NCBI GenBank assembly: GCA_964019335.1
Contig: OZ025754.1
Span: 62,001-126,000 of the forward strand
Length of the DNA stretch: 64,000 nucleotides
From: Diplonema japonicum
Taxonomy: Eukaryota; Protista; Euglenozoa: Diplonemea
Direction of reading: 5' to 3'
This document shows positions 1-10,668 of this stretch, piece by piece. The notes beneath the pieces were generated by a model. That model was not told the DNA's origin, did no database searches, and worked only from the letters and a program-made list of their open reading frames with translations. The stretch's first letter is position 1. Each line of letters opens with the position of its first letter. The position numbers and the translations under genes were made by a program.

Positions 1-2131
1 TCGGGCTTGGGCTCCTCGTCTTTTGCGGGTTTTGCGGTGTCATCCTCCTCTTTCTTGTCCTCTTCTTTCTTCTCTTCCTCTTTCTTCTCCTCGGGCTTGG
101 GCTCCTTGATCTTGACTGCGGGAGGGGGGGGGGGGGGGGGGGTTTCTTTTTCTAAAAAAGAATTCGTGTTTTCATACTTTTCTTCATCACGGACATATGT
201 TCGTCGTACTTAACGACAGCTGACTCTGCGTTCACAAGATCATCAAAACCATAACGGACCTGGGGGGGTTTTTTTTTTTGGTTTCCCCATTCTCACCTGG
301 AGCTGAATTGCGTGCGTGTTTGACGCGTTCTTGCCCTCCTTGTTGAAGCCAAGGGTTTCGAGAGTGCTGGCAACATTCTGTTTTTTTTTTTTTTTTTTTT
401 TTTTTTCCCGTTCCCATACCTTCACAGTCAGTGTCTTCCACTTCTTGTACTCCACCACACCCTCATCGTTCTCCGTTGATGTGAACAGGTTGACGTCGAA
501 ATCCTCCGTCCTCGCCACTGTAATGGACTTCTTACTCCCAGCCTCCGGGTTGCTGAACAACGGGCGCATCTTTAAAAAAAAAAAAAAAAAATCTTTTTTT
601 CCTCCCCCCTTATACACACCTTAGGGGGCTTGTTGCTCCCAGGGAGCTGGGACAGCTGGAAGGTGACGTTGTAAGGCGCCCTATCCGACACGGTGAAGCC
701 CTGTGGGACGTTTTGAAGAAGAAAAAAAAAAACTTTTTTTTTTTTACCTTAGTCCTGAAGGTCCCGCTGAGCTTGGCAGCCTGGAACGCGGCTCCAAGCG
801 CCATGCACTCATCACCGTTGAGCGTCTTGTCGAGGGACCTGCCGCCAAGTGCCTCGGAGAGCGCAGCTTGCAAACGGGGGATTCTGACACCGCCTTTTTT
901 TTTTTTTTAATTATAAAATAAAAATTTTCCCCGGGGAGGGGGTCCATACCACCAATGATCTCAACGGCAGAGAGCTCTTCAGGCTTGACACCAGACAATT
1001 CAAGAACCCTCTTCATAGGCGGGGTCGCACGCTGGAACAGGTCCTCGCATTGCTGGGCGGGGGAAGGGGTGTGTTTTTTTCTTTTTTTTTTCTTTCAAAT
1101 ACCTCATCCAGCTCGGTTCTCTGGAACGTGTAGAAGAACGGCTTGCCGTCGTACAACTCCTCAATGGACACAATGGCCTCCTTGTTGGCGGAGAGGACCT
1201 CCTTTGCCTTGTTGGCCCTCCTCATGAGAACGGTCATGGCCTTGAGCGCAGCCTTCTCTGTGGAGCCGATAAGCTTGACAGAAGGGTTCTTCTCCTCGAA
1301 CTTCTTGGCGAGGAAGTCGGCGATCCGGGCGTCCATGGTTCTACCACCGAGCGTTTCATCGTGGGCGACAGCGAGGGTCTGCAAATGCCCGAGCTCACCG
1401 CCACGCTTAGGCTTTCCATCGACCTCCTCAGGAGGGGTGAAACGGTAAAGCCCAACCTCAGTCCTGGAAGCCCCCATGTCATAAATCATCAAATTCACGG
1501 TTTCATTACCAAAACCACGCTTTTGAACACCGTATTGCAGGGCTGCGGAGAGGGTCGACGACATTAAACCAAGACAGGTAAGACCTGTGAGGTTTGCAGC
1601 ATGGACAAATGATTCCCGTTCAGATGCAGACAGAAAGCTCGGAACGGTGATTACGGTCCCGGTAACGGGGATTTCCATGTGAACAGCAGCTTGGTTTTTG
1701 ATGTAACCAAGGAGTTGAGCGATAAGCTCCTCAGGGGTGTATGTAGTTGCGGGGTCCGGGTTGACAATGCCCATGACGCCTCTGGGCTCGACACGTTCGA
1801 AGTTGTAAGGGAGGTTCCAGTTTTTCTTGAATTCGTCTTGGATGCCGCCTTCCTTGTGTTCCTTGCCCGCCACCCTATTGAGGAAGGTGTACATTTGGTC
1901 AGGGAACCGTGGTGCCAGGTTGAAGGCGTCCTCTCCTATGAACCTGTCGTCTCCACGGTATCCAATGAAGTTGTTGCTCTTGCGCTTGCTCTGCTCGTTT
2001 AGAACGACGTCGATCCCCATTTTTCCGGGTTTCACACCGGCCACCTTGATGAAGTCACTCCCGAAATCAATACCGATCACCTGGCACCCCGCTGTGGAGA
2101 CCATCGCCGCTAGTAATATTCTTCTCAACAT
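1..2131 (-). CDS. HYOU1: ER Hsp70-superfamily chaperone (HYOU1/GRP170-like), 3' end runs off the window; at least 7 tiny introns
   Basis: Signal-peptide-like N-terminus, then VIGIDFGSDFIKVA, IYDMGA, LGGRTMD. Removing GT-AG introns at 1053-1102, 894-949, 701-747, 570-619, 378-419, 260-296 and 116-177 gives a continuous frame with EIIGGGVRIP and NGDECMALGAAFQAAKLS, followed by a K/E-rich region. Confidence 0.85.
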
Positions 2132-2585
2132 TTTTTTTCAAACCTTTTTTTGTGGGGGGGGGCAAACGAAAAAAAAAATTCTTTTTTTTTTTTCAAATGG
2201 AAGTGTGTGGAAAAAAAAAAAAAAATAATAAGGAAACACGCCTCATATATTTTTTTTAAAAGTTCTCTCTCTTTCTTTTCCCAATAAAAAGAGAAAAAAA
2301 AAACACAAAAAAAAGTTTTTTTTTCATTATAGAGAGTACACCTTTAGAAATATGAGGCGTGTGGAAGATATTCATAAATATAAAAAAAAAAAAAAAACAC
2401 ACGCATTTCTTTCTTTTTCTTTTTTTGTTTTTGTTTTTGTTTTTTTTTTGAAGCCTCTTCCTTTCCCCCGATATAACCGCTCATGGTATTTCATAGCATT
2501 TCTCTATTTTTTTCTCTTTTTTTTTGGCAAAAATAAAGACTCGACAGTCTGAGAAAACCGAGCGGAGAAGGGAAAGGCATTTTTC

Positions 2586-2641
<56 letters not shown>

Positions 2642-3122
2642 TGTGAAGAAGAAAAAAAACAAGAAAAAAAATATAAAAAACAAAGGGGAATTTGCTACTG
2701 CCAAAAAAGGGAGTCGGGACCAAAAGTAATATTATAAATGAAAAAAAAAAAAAAAATCCTTATCGTCTCAACTCAACTCAAGACTTGAAGGTCTCCACTT
2801 TTCACAGCCATCAGCCCATTTTACAATAGAAGAATGTACCGAAAGAGAATGAGACATTTTTTTATAATTTTCTTGTTGTGCTCACTAGCCATACCGCATT
2901 TTTAAATCGTAAAATTGTTAAATACAGAACTTTTGCTGCTCCAGAATCTCTTGCGGTATTTCTGTCCCCCCCCCCCCCCCTTTCTTCTAAATACTAATTT
3001 TTTTGCTGCCCTTTTGTTAAAAACAAAATACAAACTAAAAATGAGAAATAATTTTTATTTCGATCCCCCCCCCCACCCCCCTCGCTATTACCGCACTTAA
3101 AAAAAAAAAGAAAAAAAAAAAG

Positions 3123-3155
<33 letters not shown>

Positions 3156-3221
3156 AAAACCAAAAAAAGTGTAATAAGAACGCAACAGTAATGGTACAGA
3201 GATTTTTTTTTATTTTTTTTT

Positions 3222-3774
3222 TTAAACCTGCAGATCTTTGTTCACTCGTTGTGCTTTTTGAAGCATGAAATCTGCAGTGTCCAGGCAGTAAACGTTCAGC
3301 ACGTCCCCCACATCTGTGGGAATACTGCGCTTCTGGAGCAGAGGGGTGGTTGAGATGTAATGCGGGACCGAGATTCCAGCCGTTTCCACTTTGTCAACAA
3401 GATCGGAGATTAGCTCCGTGATAGCAAATAAGGTGTTATCGATGCCCTCTCCTTCGTAATCCGTCACTACAATACCTGGGAGGTTTTTTTTTTTCTTCCT
3501 TTTTTCCTTTTTTTTTTTTTTTTATTTTTATACCGTGTTTTTCGTTGCCTCTTACACAATCTGGAGTATTCTCCAAAATGAGAAGCTTGTCCATGTCACG
3601 CCCCAACAAGGTCAAGTCTTTATTATAGCCTGCACATCCCTGGGAGGGGGGAGAGAGGGGGGAGGGGATTTTTTTTTTTTTTTTTTTTTTTTTGAAAAAA
3701 ATACCGAAAACCATTTTTTATGGCGATACACACAGTGTTTGATGACACCCTTTTTGTCGATATTCCGGATTACG

Positions 3775-3822
<48 letters not shown>

Positions 3823-5048
3823 GGTAACCTGTGCGTATGCTCGGACTCCTGCCGTCCAGACAACTGGCTCGCATTTGTCTTTTAGCAAGTCGAGGAGGGG
3901 CTCCAGACCAGGTCGTGCATAGAGTGGACCTTTTTTTTTTTTTTTTTTTTATTTCACTCTTCAGAAATTACTTCACGCACTGGGGGCCCCATTACTTCAC
4001 GCTAAATCTCATTACTTCACGGTGAAATAATGGCCTTCGTTTCCGTGAAGTAATAGGGGGTTTCCGTTAAATAATATGCCTCGGTAGGCCAATTTTTGCC
4101 TCGGTTCGGTTCCCAGTGGGGCTACTTTTTCCTCTCAGTTTGCTATTTCCCCCCAGGTTCAGCTCAATTGGCCAACTTTTGCCTCGGCTCAGTTCCAAGT
4201 TGGACTACTTTTTCCTCCCAATTTGCCCACTTTTGGCTAGGCCTTGTTCCCAGTTTCTGTGGGTAACTCTTCTGTGGGTAAGGGTAACTCAGTCAGCTTA
4301 CCCAAGCACCCCAAAAGACTTCAAAATACCGAAGCAGCAGAAAAAAAGGAGCCAGCGGCCGCGCTAGGTATGGGAAGGCCTGATTAGAGATGGTGACAGT
4401 GGCAATGCCAGCGACAGCGGCAGCTCTAAGTCAACAAAAGGAGGAAAAACAACTTGTATTGTAACCTTTGTAACCCCTCTCTTGTTGTACCCCTTGTCAC
4501 CCTGTTGTGCCCCTCGTGGTGAAGTAATTTCAGAGTGTCGTGAAATAAAACCACTTACCTACCGCCAAGTAATGCTTTACCGACCTCGAGGTTCCGCATT
4601 TTACCATCTCGGGCCCTGCGGGCCCTCGACGGTAAAATGCGGAACCTCGAGGTAACGGTAAAGTCATTACTTGTTGGCAGTAAATAGCTATTTTTTTTTT
4701 TTTTTTTTTTTTTTTTTCCCGTTCTCCCCACACACCATCTCGAGCATATATTAAAGTTTCGTCCAAATCAAGGACAACACAGATCCTGCCCCGCTCTTCT
4801 TTGGACTGAGGTGGTAACATGCATTTCGTTGGTTCGTTGATCATGGAAGGGGCTCTGGCCCTGCCGGTAACCTTTTTTTTTTTTTTTTTTTTTTTTGGTA
4901 AAAAAAAAAAAAAAAAAAAAGAAACCTTGTTTTTAAATCGCTGGAACGCGCTTTGCCCGCTTCCGCCCTTAGCATACTCCTGCTTAAAAGAAACCCCTCT
5001 GATTCGGCCCCCTTTTGTCACATTCGGCTTCTTGTCACCCGGAGACAT
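3222..5048 (-). CDS. FCP/SCP (NIF) HAD-family phosphatase, kinetoplastid-type; multi-exon
   Basis: VVLDLDETL motif. The spliced product reads YARDGPLYARPGL...VVWTAGVRAYAQAVIRNID...CVYRHKKWF...KDLTLLGRDMDKLLILENTPDC. One intron (3930-4735) is enlarged by inserted elements. Confidence 0.85.
3950..4547. mobile_element. Intronic MITE-like element with imperfect terminal inverted repeats
   Basis: Left end TATTTCAC..AAATTACTTCAC, right end GTGAAGTAATTT..GTGAAATA. The ATTACTTCAC motif is reiterated, there are imperfect internal tandem repeats at ~4075-4260, and the host's long homopolymer runs are absent. Confidence 0.55.
4554..4688. repeat. Long near-perfect palindrome (foldback hairpin)
   Basis: CAAGTAATGCTTTACCGACCTCGAGGTTCCGCATTTTACC pairs with GGTAAAATGCGGAACCTCGAGGTAACGGTAAAGTCATTACTTG around a central GGGCCC-TGC-GGGCCC. 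Confidence 0.8.
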
Positions 5049-5169
5049 CGTTTTCTTTTTTTTCTTTTTCAGTCGTGCTTTCTTCTTTTTTTTTCCCCTT
5101 TTTTTTTCCCCCAATAATATGTGTAGATGCCCCCTCCCTCTCCTCCCCTCTCTCGCCTTTGTTTTTTTT

Positions 5170-5216
<47 letters not shown>

Positions 5217-5269
5217 GTGTGGGGCGCAACAGAAAAAAAAAGGGAGGAAACAAAAAAAAAAAAAGTATT

Positions 5270-5300
<31 letters not shown>

Positions 5301-5700
5301 CCACAAAAGAAACTATTTCTGGGCTTGATCCGTTTGCGTGCACCTTTATCGGCAAGAAAAAAGAAAAAAAGAAAACACACGCCCGCTGTATAAGATTTAA
5401 AAAAGAAATCAAGCGTTAGCAAAAGAGCACAAATAGTATTCCCCCCCCCCCTTTTTTTCTTCTTTCCTATTTTTTTTAATTTTTATATATACTGACAGCA
5501 GAAGAAAGAAAGAGTCTTTTTTTTTTTTTTTTTTTCCCCTTTCTCCTCTTTCTGATAAAACTACAATAACAAGGGTTGCTTCTTTTTTTTTTTTTTTTTT
5601 TTTTTTTTCCCCAACAAAAAAAAAAAAGAGAGAAAAGGAAAGAAAAATCTAAGGAAGAAATAAAAGAAAATATCTAAATGACAACAACAACAACAACAAG

Positions 5701-5731
<31 letters not shown>

Positions 5732-5738
5732 GAAAACA

Positions 5739-7049
5739 TTACGTTTCCTCTACCAATTCTTCAATGCAGTTCTTAATAAACAATTTCCACTCTGCCCCCT
5801 CCCACTCCCACTCCCTTTTAAAGAGGTCTGTGGACACCCTGCGCACGAAATCCATGAAAAGCTCCTGCCCCATGACCCCGGAGTTGTACAGAGGCTGCAA
5901 CAGCGACCTAATATATTCTATCACCTCCTCCTTCGGTGGACTAGGTGAAGACCGCCTCCTAGCCGCCGTGTAATAACTACTTCCGCTGCTACTCCGGGAA
6001 ACTGGGGGTAGGCTAGGGCAGTGCCCAGGTTCAAGCACAGCCCACACATTTGGGACAGCTGGTGCTTCTTCGAACGCTTTTTCTTCGCTGATTAAATACT
6101 GCTCAGGCCGGACCTTGCTTTCGAACGACTCGGCATGCACTGCAAGTTGAGCAAAGCAGTCTTGCTCACACACCATGATGGTGCTCCTTACATCAGACTC
6201 CAGCCCTTCTAAAATAGAGGTGATTTTTGCAACGTCAGGGGTGGCCGGCATGCCTGCTGCGACCGATGCGTAGAAATGGTAATTTCGAAGTTCGTGAATC
6301 AAAACCTCGGCTTCTTGAGGGCATTCCTGCAGCATTTTTTTGGACAACATTTCCAGCCTTCCCAATCCTTGCTGCATCATATCCCTCGCATCGCGTCCCA
6401 GCATATCTAAGTGGTGAGGCGCGGGGGGGGTTAAAACAGATGTTGCAATGTTGTTCACAGGCTGCACGGCAACAGGCAGTGTCGCCGCTGTGGTTTGCTG
6501 GTATTGTTGTTGGTGAACAACAGCCGGGGATTCCTTTTGTATCGCGTTGTCTATCTGAGCAATTTCCGCGGTTTCTCTTGCGATAAAAGTGGAGTGTGGT
6601 GTGCTCGATCTGCTTCTAGACACCTGTGCTTTTTTCAAGTCGCGAAGACGCCGGACACGTTGAGCTTGGGATTCCTCCGGTGTGAGCTCTCGGTACGTTC
6701 CTATACCCGGGCTTAGCGAGCGTTGCTTTAGAAGGTGTTGGGTGAGGGCGGAGGGGCGGACTCTGTTGAGGTGCTTTTCCACGACGGGTTGGCACCTCCT
6801 CTCCCACCCGGCCGAGAAGTTTGCGCGTTCCATGACCTCGCACAGGGAGCTCTTCACGATGCTCACGAACTCCTGCTTCGACACCAGCCCCTTGTTGTAC
6901 GCGGTCTGAAGGTGTTTCTTGAGCTGGTCCAGGACCTCCTCTCTTGCGGGCCTGCGGGACGTTGTCGACGCGGACGATAGGACCCCGCTGTGGAGCCTCT
7001 CTGGGCTGACGGGAGGGCTGCTGAACTCGGAAACGACTGCGAGTGGCAT
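5739..7049 (-). CDS. Hypothetical protein with two SRI/SFR19-C-like helical domains (N- and C-terminal)
   Basis: Intronless ORF starting at an ATG after poly-A. REEVLDQLKKHLQTAYNKGLVSKQEFVSIVK and KEEVIEYIRSLLQPLYNSGVMGQELFMDFVRRVS resemble each other and the PHRF1/SCAF11 C-terminal pattern. The domain call is by eye. Confidence 0.6.
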   Translation of the reverse strand: MPLAVVSEFSSPPVSPERLHSGVLSSASTTSRRPAREEVLDQLKKHLQTAYNKGLVSKQEFVSIVKSSLCEVMERANFSAGWERRCQPVVEKHLNRVRPSALTQHLLKQRSLSPGIGTYRELTPEESQAQRVRRLRDLKKAQVSRSRSSTPHSTFIARETAEIAQIDNAIQKESPAVVHQQQYQQTTAATLPVAVQPVNNIATSVLTPPAPHHLDMLGRDARDMMQQGLGRLEMLSKKMLQECPQEAEVLIHELRNYHFYASVAAGMPATPDVAKITSILEGLESDVRSTIMVCEQDCFAQLAVHAESFESKVRPEQYLISEEKAFEEAPAVPNVWAVLEPGHCPSLPPVSRSSSGSSYYTAARRRSSPSPPKEEVIEYIRSLLQPLYNSGVMGQELFMDFVRRVSTDLFKREWEWEGAEWKLFIKNCIEELVEET

Positions 7050-7193
7050 TTTTTTTTTTTTTTTTCTCCCCTCCAACTTCCACCCCACCCCCCACTTTTT
7101 TTTTGTGTCATTTTTGTTTTGTTTTTGTTTTTAACGCTCGGATGTTATATAAAAAAAAAGAAGTTTTTTTTCTTTTTTTTTTTTTTTTTTTTT

Positions 7194-7745
7194 TCACGTC
7201 CGTATCAATCTAGCTGCACTGTTTTTGTGGTTCCCTCGCTTCTTTCCGTCCCTTTGCTTCTTCGCCTGCTTGTTCTTCCCCGCCCCGCTCAAGGCCCCCT
7301 TCACAATCTTTTTTTGAGCAACAAGCGTTTCTATCTTCCTTTTCAGTTGTGCATCGTCACGAGGTAGGTAAGAGTGAGGGGTGCTGGTACCGGGGGGCAT
7401 CTTCCCGTGGAGGGGGTTGATGTCCTTGAGCTGTGGGAACTGTGTGAAGAGCTCCGCACATTTGGCGGCGTAGACAGTTTTCTTCAAGGACATTGGTGCC
7501 TTCTTGGCATGGACTATGCTGACGGTGGCCTCACAGTCTGACCCGCGGTAAAATCCCTTTCGGAGGCTCAAGATATCCAAGTTCTCTGTCTTCTTCTTAC
7601 TGTCCAACTTCACCACCACCCCCCCAATATTCATCATTTCGTCTTCTTGCACCTCCAGCCTCTCAACAGAGCTACCGGAGCTCTCCGACTCGCTCTCCGT
7701 TTCGCTGTCAGTGCCGCTGCACTCTTCCACCTCTGCCGCATCCAT
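7194..7745 (-). CDS. Hypothetical protein (acidic N-terminus, basic C-terminus)
   Basis: 183-aa ORF with coding-like composition and no homopolymer runs, in cluster orientation. Confidence 0.6.
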   Translation of the reverse strand: MDAAEVEECSGTDSETESESESSGSSVERLEVQEDEMMNIGGVVVKLDSKKKTENLDILSLRKGFYRGSDCEATVSIVHAKKAPMSLKKTVYAAKCAELFTQFPQLKDINPLHGKMPPGTSTPHSYLPRDDAQLKRKIETLVAQKKIVKGALSGAGKNKQAKKQRDGKKRGNHKNSAARLIRT

Positions 7746-7880
7746 TTGCAGTGACGAGGCACCCTCTTCCCCCTTTTTTTTTCTCCCTCCCCAGGTCGGA
7801 ATTGCACTTTGAAAAAAAAAACTAAAAAAAGAAAACTGGAAAAAAAAAACTTTTCTTTTTTACCTTGAAGAATACAAATA

Positions 7881-9386
7881 CTGTAAAACAAAAATCACCG
7901 GAAGATAAAATGTCCGGAAGAAAAATTGTCCGGAAGCTCTGGCGGTCCGGATATTTTTTCTTCCGGACATTTTTTTCCTGGGACCCCCCTTTTTTTTTAA
8001 AGGGCTGGACCCGAAAACAGATGAAACTAGTGTCTGTAGCAAGAGAAAATCAAACGAAAATCAGAGAATTGAATTACGGACTTTTCCAGATCCTGATTGT
8101 TCACTTCTACCACAAGCTTGTTGAACCGAACCACTTCTTGCTTGCTTTAGGGTTGTTCTTGTGCTTTGCGGGTTTGCGTCATGGAGCCGATGTCCAGTAT
8201 ATCAGACTGGAAGCACCGCTTTGGTAGCTCCAAGGTCGATCCCCCTGCCGCACCCGTTACTGCGGGTCGCAAGCCTCTTCTGAACAAGGAAGAAACAACA
8301 AAGCTCTTTGTTTGGATCCAGGTGCAGAACGGAAGGGGGGTGCCGGTAGCAGCGTCGGGCATCTGCCTGTATGCAGAGGGCCAACCAGCTGTGCTCCAAG
8401 CATGGCATCACAAGACGCCACCCAACAATAGGGAAGTCTAGCAGCCCCAAAGACACCCAAGCAGCGAGGAGGTTCACAGGGATCAGGCCGGTTGACCTGG
8501 AACATGGACCAGCTGCTGCCGCTGGGAAGAAGACGAAAAGGGGTCCCAAGGTTGTCAAGGTTATCTGTTAGGGATTTGGGACAAGCGCGCCGTCACCGGA
8601 CAGTTTTGCGTTTCCCTGTCTGGCAAACTGCACCCGCGGTTAATTTACACGGGAAAAACAGAACCAGCTCGCGGCAGGAAATACCCCGCGTCCGCCCCCC
8701 AAAAGGCTGGAGTTTTGTAACAGCTTCGAAATCTCACTGGGCCACCCAGGAAACGCTTCGGCTCTGGGTAAAAGATTTGTTTCTCCCCTTTGCTACAACC
8801 TCATCGATTCATCGGGCTGAGCACCCACCGAGCCCATCCTACTCATCCTGGATGACTACAATGTCCGCACTATGCAGGCTTTTGTGAACTTGTTTTCAGA
8901 AACAAACGTTCACCTATTTGTGCCAGCCCAAGACTTGCTGAGGCCGAGGCCAGGCGCACTGCCAAGACTGCGAAGGCAGCAACAAGACGGCCAGACGTGC
9001 GGACAGGTAGCCCTTTCCTCGCCCCTTTTTTAGTTTTATTGGTCGGGAAAAGTGCTGGGACGCAGCCATTGAAGGGTGCCTCTCACCTGAAGATATTCCC
9101 ACTTGCAATATCATTTCAGTCACCTGAAGAGGCCAGCACTTGGAGGAGTCGCGAGATATGTCCTTCCCCTTTTTAGAGCATGCAGCTTTCGTCGGATTTG
9201 AATTTTATTTTTGCCGTTCTTAAGACTCTTGCAACAGAAATATAAGTTTTCCAGACAGAGGGTACAGTGCGTAGGACAGGCTAGGTACCCTTAGAAAAGT
9301 GCCCAAAAAAAATGTCCGGAAGAAAAAATCACCGGATGTTTCGGCGGTCCGGATATTTTATCTTCCGGTGGATTTTTGTTTTACAG
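7881..9386 (+). mobile_element. Degenerate pogo/Tigger-like DNA transposon
   Basis: TIR CTGTAAAACAAAAATC(C)ACCGGAAGATAAAAT at both ends, flanked by TA. Frameshifted transposase fragments (SSISDWK, AGRKPLL, KTKRGPKVVKV, SHWATQETLRLWVKDLFLPF) are homologous to the element at 12319-14821. Confidence 0.9.
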
Positions 9387-9488
9387 TATTTGTTATTTGC
9401 GAAAAAAAAAAAAAAAAAAAAGAGACATTAAGGGTATATGGCAGGACGCCTGAAGAGTTTCAATCTATCTCTTAAAAAAAAAAAAAAA

Positions 9489-10226
9489 TTACCAACGCAG
9501 CCCGAGGTGCCAGTTGCAAGCAAGGATCAGCGTCCTCCACGTATCAGCACGGCTTTGGTCGGTAGATTCGTGCGCAGTGCAACTGTCCCGTCCGCCCCGC
9601 TGCCCCGCGTGGTAGGCCGCCTTAGACAATGCGAGGTTCCTCCTCACACGGGCGTTGTACTTCTGGGTTTTACGCTCGCGTTCCGACTTTAAGTAGGCAG
9701 CTCGTGAGGATTTTGCCGAGGGTGTGAGGCAGCCTTGGGTGCGAACGTTGTGCTGAAGGATGTCGCGAGAGGCGTTGCGCTCGCACCGTATCCGCCTGAC
9801 ACGGTTGCGAAGAGCCTCACGGGAGTCGTCGGACTGTCTGTAGGAGTCTAGCTTCTGCGCAACAGCAAGAGTGTGGCGTTGGAAAACGGCCACTCCGCGC
9901 TTTGCAGGGCAGGGTGCACAGATGTAGTTAGAGGCCACAGAGTGCCGCCTAATGTTCTGCACCGGGCTCGGCGACAGCACGCAGGCGTTTCTGTGGATCA
10001 CGTTCTTCAAGCCGTTGAAGGCCTCTGCAAGCTCCCGAACCAGGGTGTCACTCACCTCGTACCCTGTGGTGAGTTCTTCCTCCGCCTGCACCCCTTTGTA
10101 GTCGTCCCTTTCCGGCAGCATAGCTGTGCTTGGCCTGCGGGCCTTTAAATTCTCCTTTCTTGTATACTGTGAAATCCCACTGTTAACCCGCTCAGCCCAT
10201 ATTCCACCGTCTCCCATGCACGCCAT
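9489..10226 (-). CDS. Hypothetical protein (Arg-rich)
   Basis: ~245-aa ORF starting at an ATG preceded by poly-A, with no recognisable domain. The 3' end may be spliced. Confidence 0.5.
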   Translation of the reverse strand: MACMGDGGIWAERVNSGISQYTRKENLKARRPSTAMLPERDDYKGVQAEEELTTGYEVSDTLVRELAEAFNGLKNVIHRNACVLSPSPVQNIRRHSVASNYICAPCPAKRGVAVFQRHTLAVAQKLDSYRQSDDSREALRNRVRRIRCERNASRDILQHNVRTQGCLTPSAKSSRAAYLKSERERKTQKYNARVRRNLALSKAAYHAGQRGGRDSCTAHESTDQSRADTWRTLILACNWHLGLRW

Positions 10227-10262
10227 TTTTTTTTTTTTTTTTTTCCCCCTGGGGGATCGATG

Positions 10263-10355
10263 AGAAAAAAACCACTGCGTCGGGATTCGAACCCGCGACT
10301 CCTGGAACAAAGGGGCCCCGACAGGTGAGTACGGTAACCACACTCTACCACACGG
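10263..10355 (-). pseudogene. tRNA-derived (Asp-like) sequence or SINE head
   Basis: A-box-like GTGGTAGAGTGTGGT, CCTGTC anticodon-loop-like segment, B box GGTTCGAATCCC, then a T7 terminator. The acceptor stem does not pair well. Confidence 0.45.
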
Positions 10356-10585
10356 GAATTCAAAGCCCTGACTCCCCATCTTCATTCACACATCCAGCAT
10401 GGTGGACGGTGTACATTCCCTACTTTCCACGTCACATATCCTCCGATACACTTTCACGACGTGCCTCAGCCCATCAACGCTTGTGATGAAAAAAGAAAAC
10501 TAGTACACTGAAGAGGGGACTCACTTTCTGTGCACGGCCTCTTTCGCTTCTGCGCCAGCCTGGCTTTTTTTTTTTTTTTTTTTTT

Positions 10586-10668
10586 AAAATTCCACTTCCT
10601 TAAGTGTCTCGAGACGCTCACCCGGTTGCCCGGGTACTCATGACCGTGCTGGTGTTCTCATTCCACAA
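10586..10668 (-). mobile_element. 5'-truncated retroelement 3' end with poly(A) tail
   Basis: AAGTGTCTCGAGACGCTCACCCGGTTGCCCGGGTACTCATGACCGT is shared with 48677-48800 and 53391-53488. It ends in GTGGAATTT(A)n on the minus strand. Confidence 0.7.

Noticed and set aside
2352-3185. Many poly-Lys/poly-Phe/poly-Gly ORFs here and throughout the track
   Set aside because: They are translations of homopolymer runs in spacers and introns, open only because the runs lack stop codons.
10263-10355. Functional tRNA-Asp gene
   Set aside because: The acceptor and anticodon stems do not pair convincingly; kept only as a tRNA-derived sequence.
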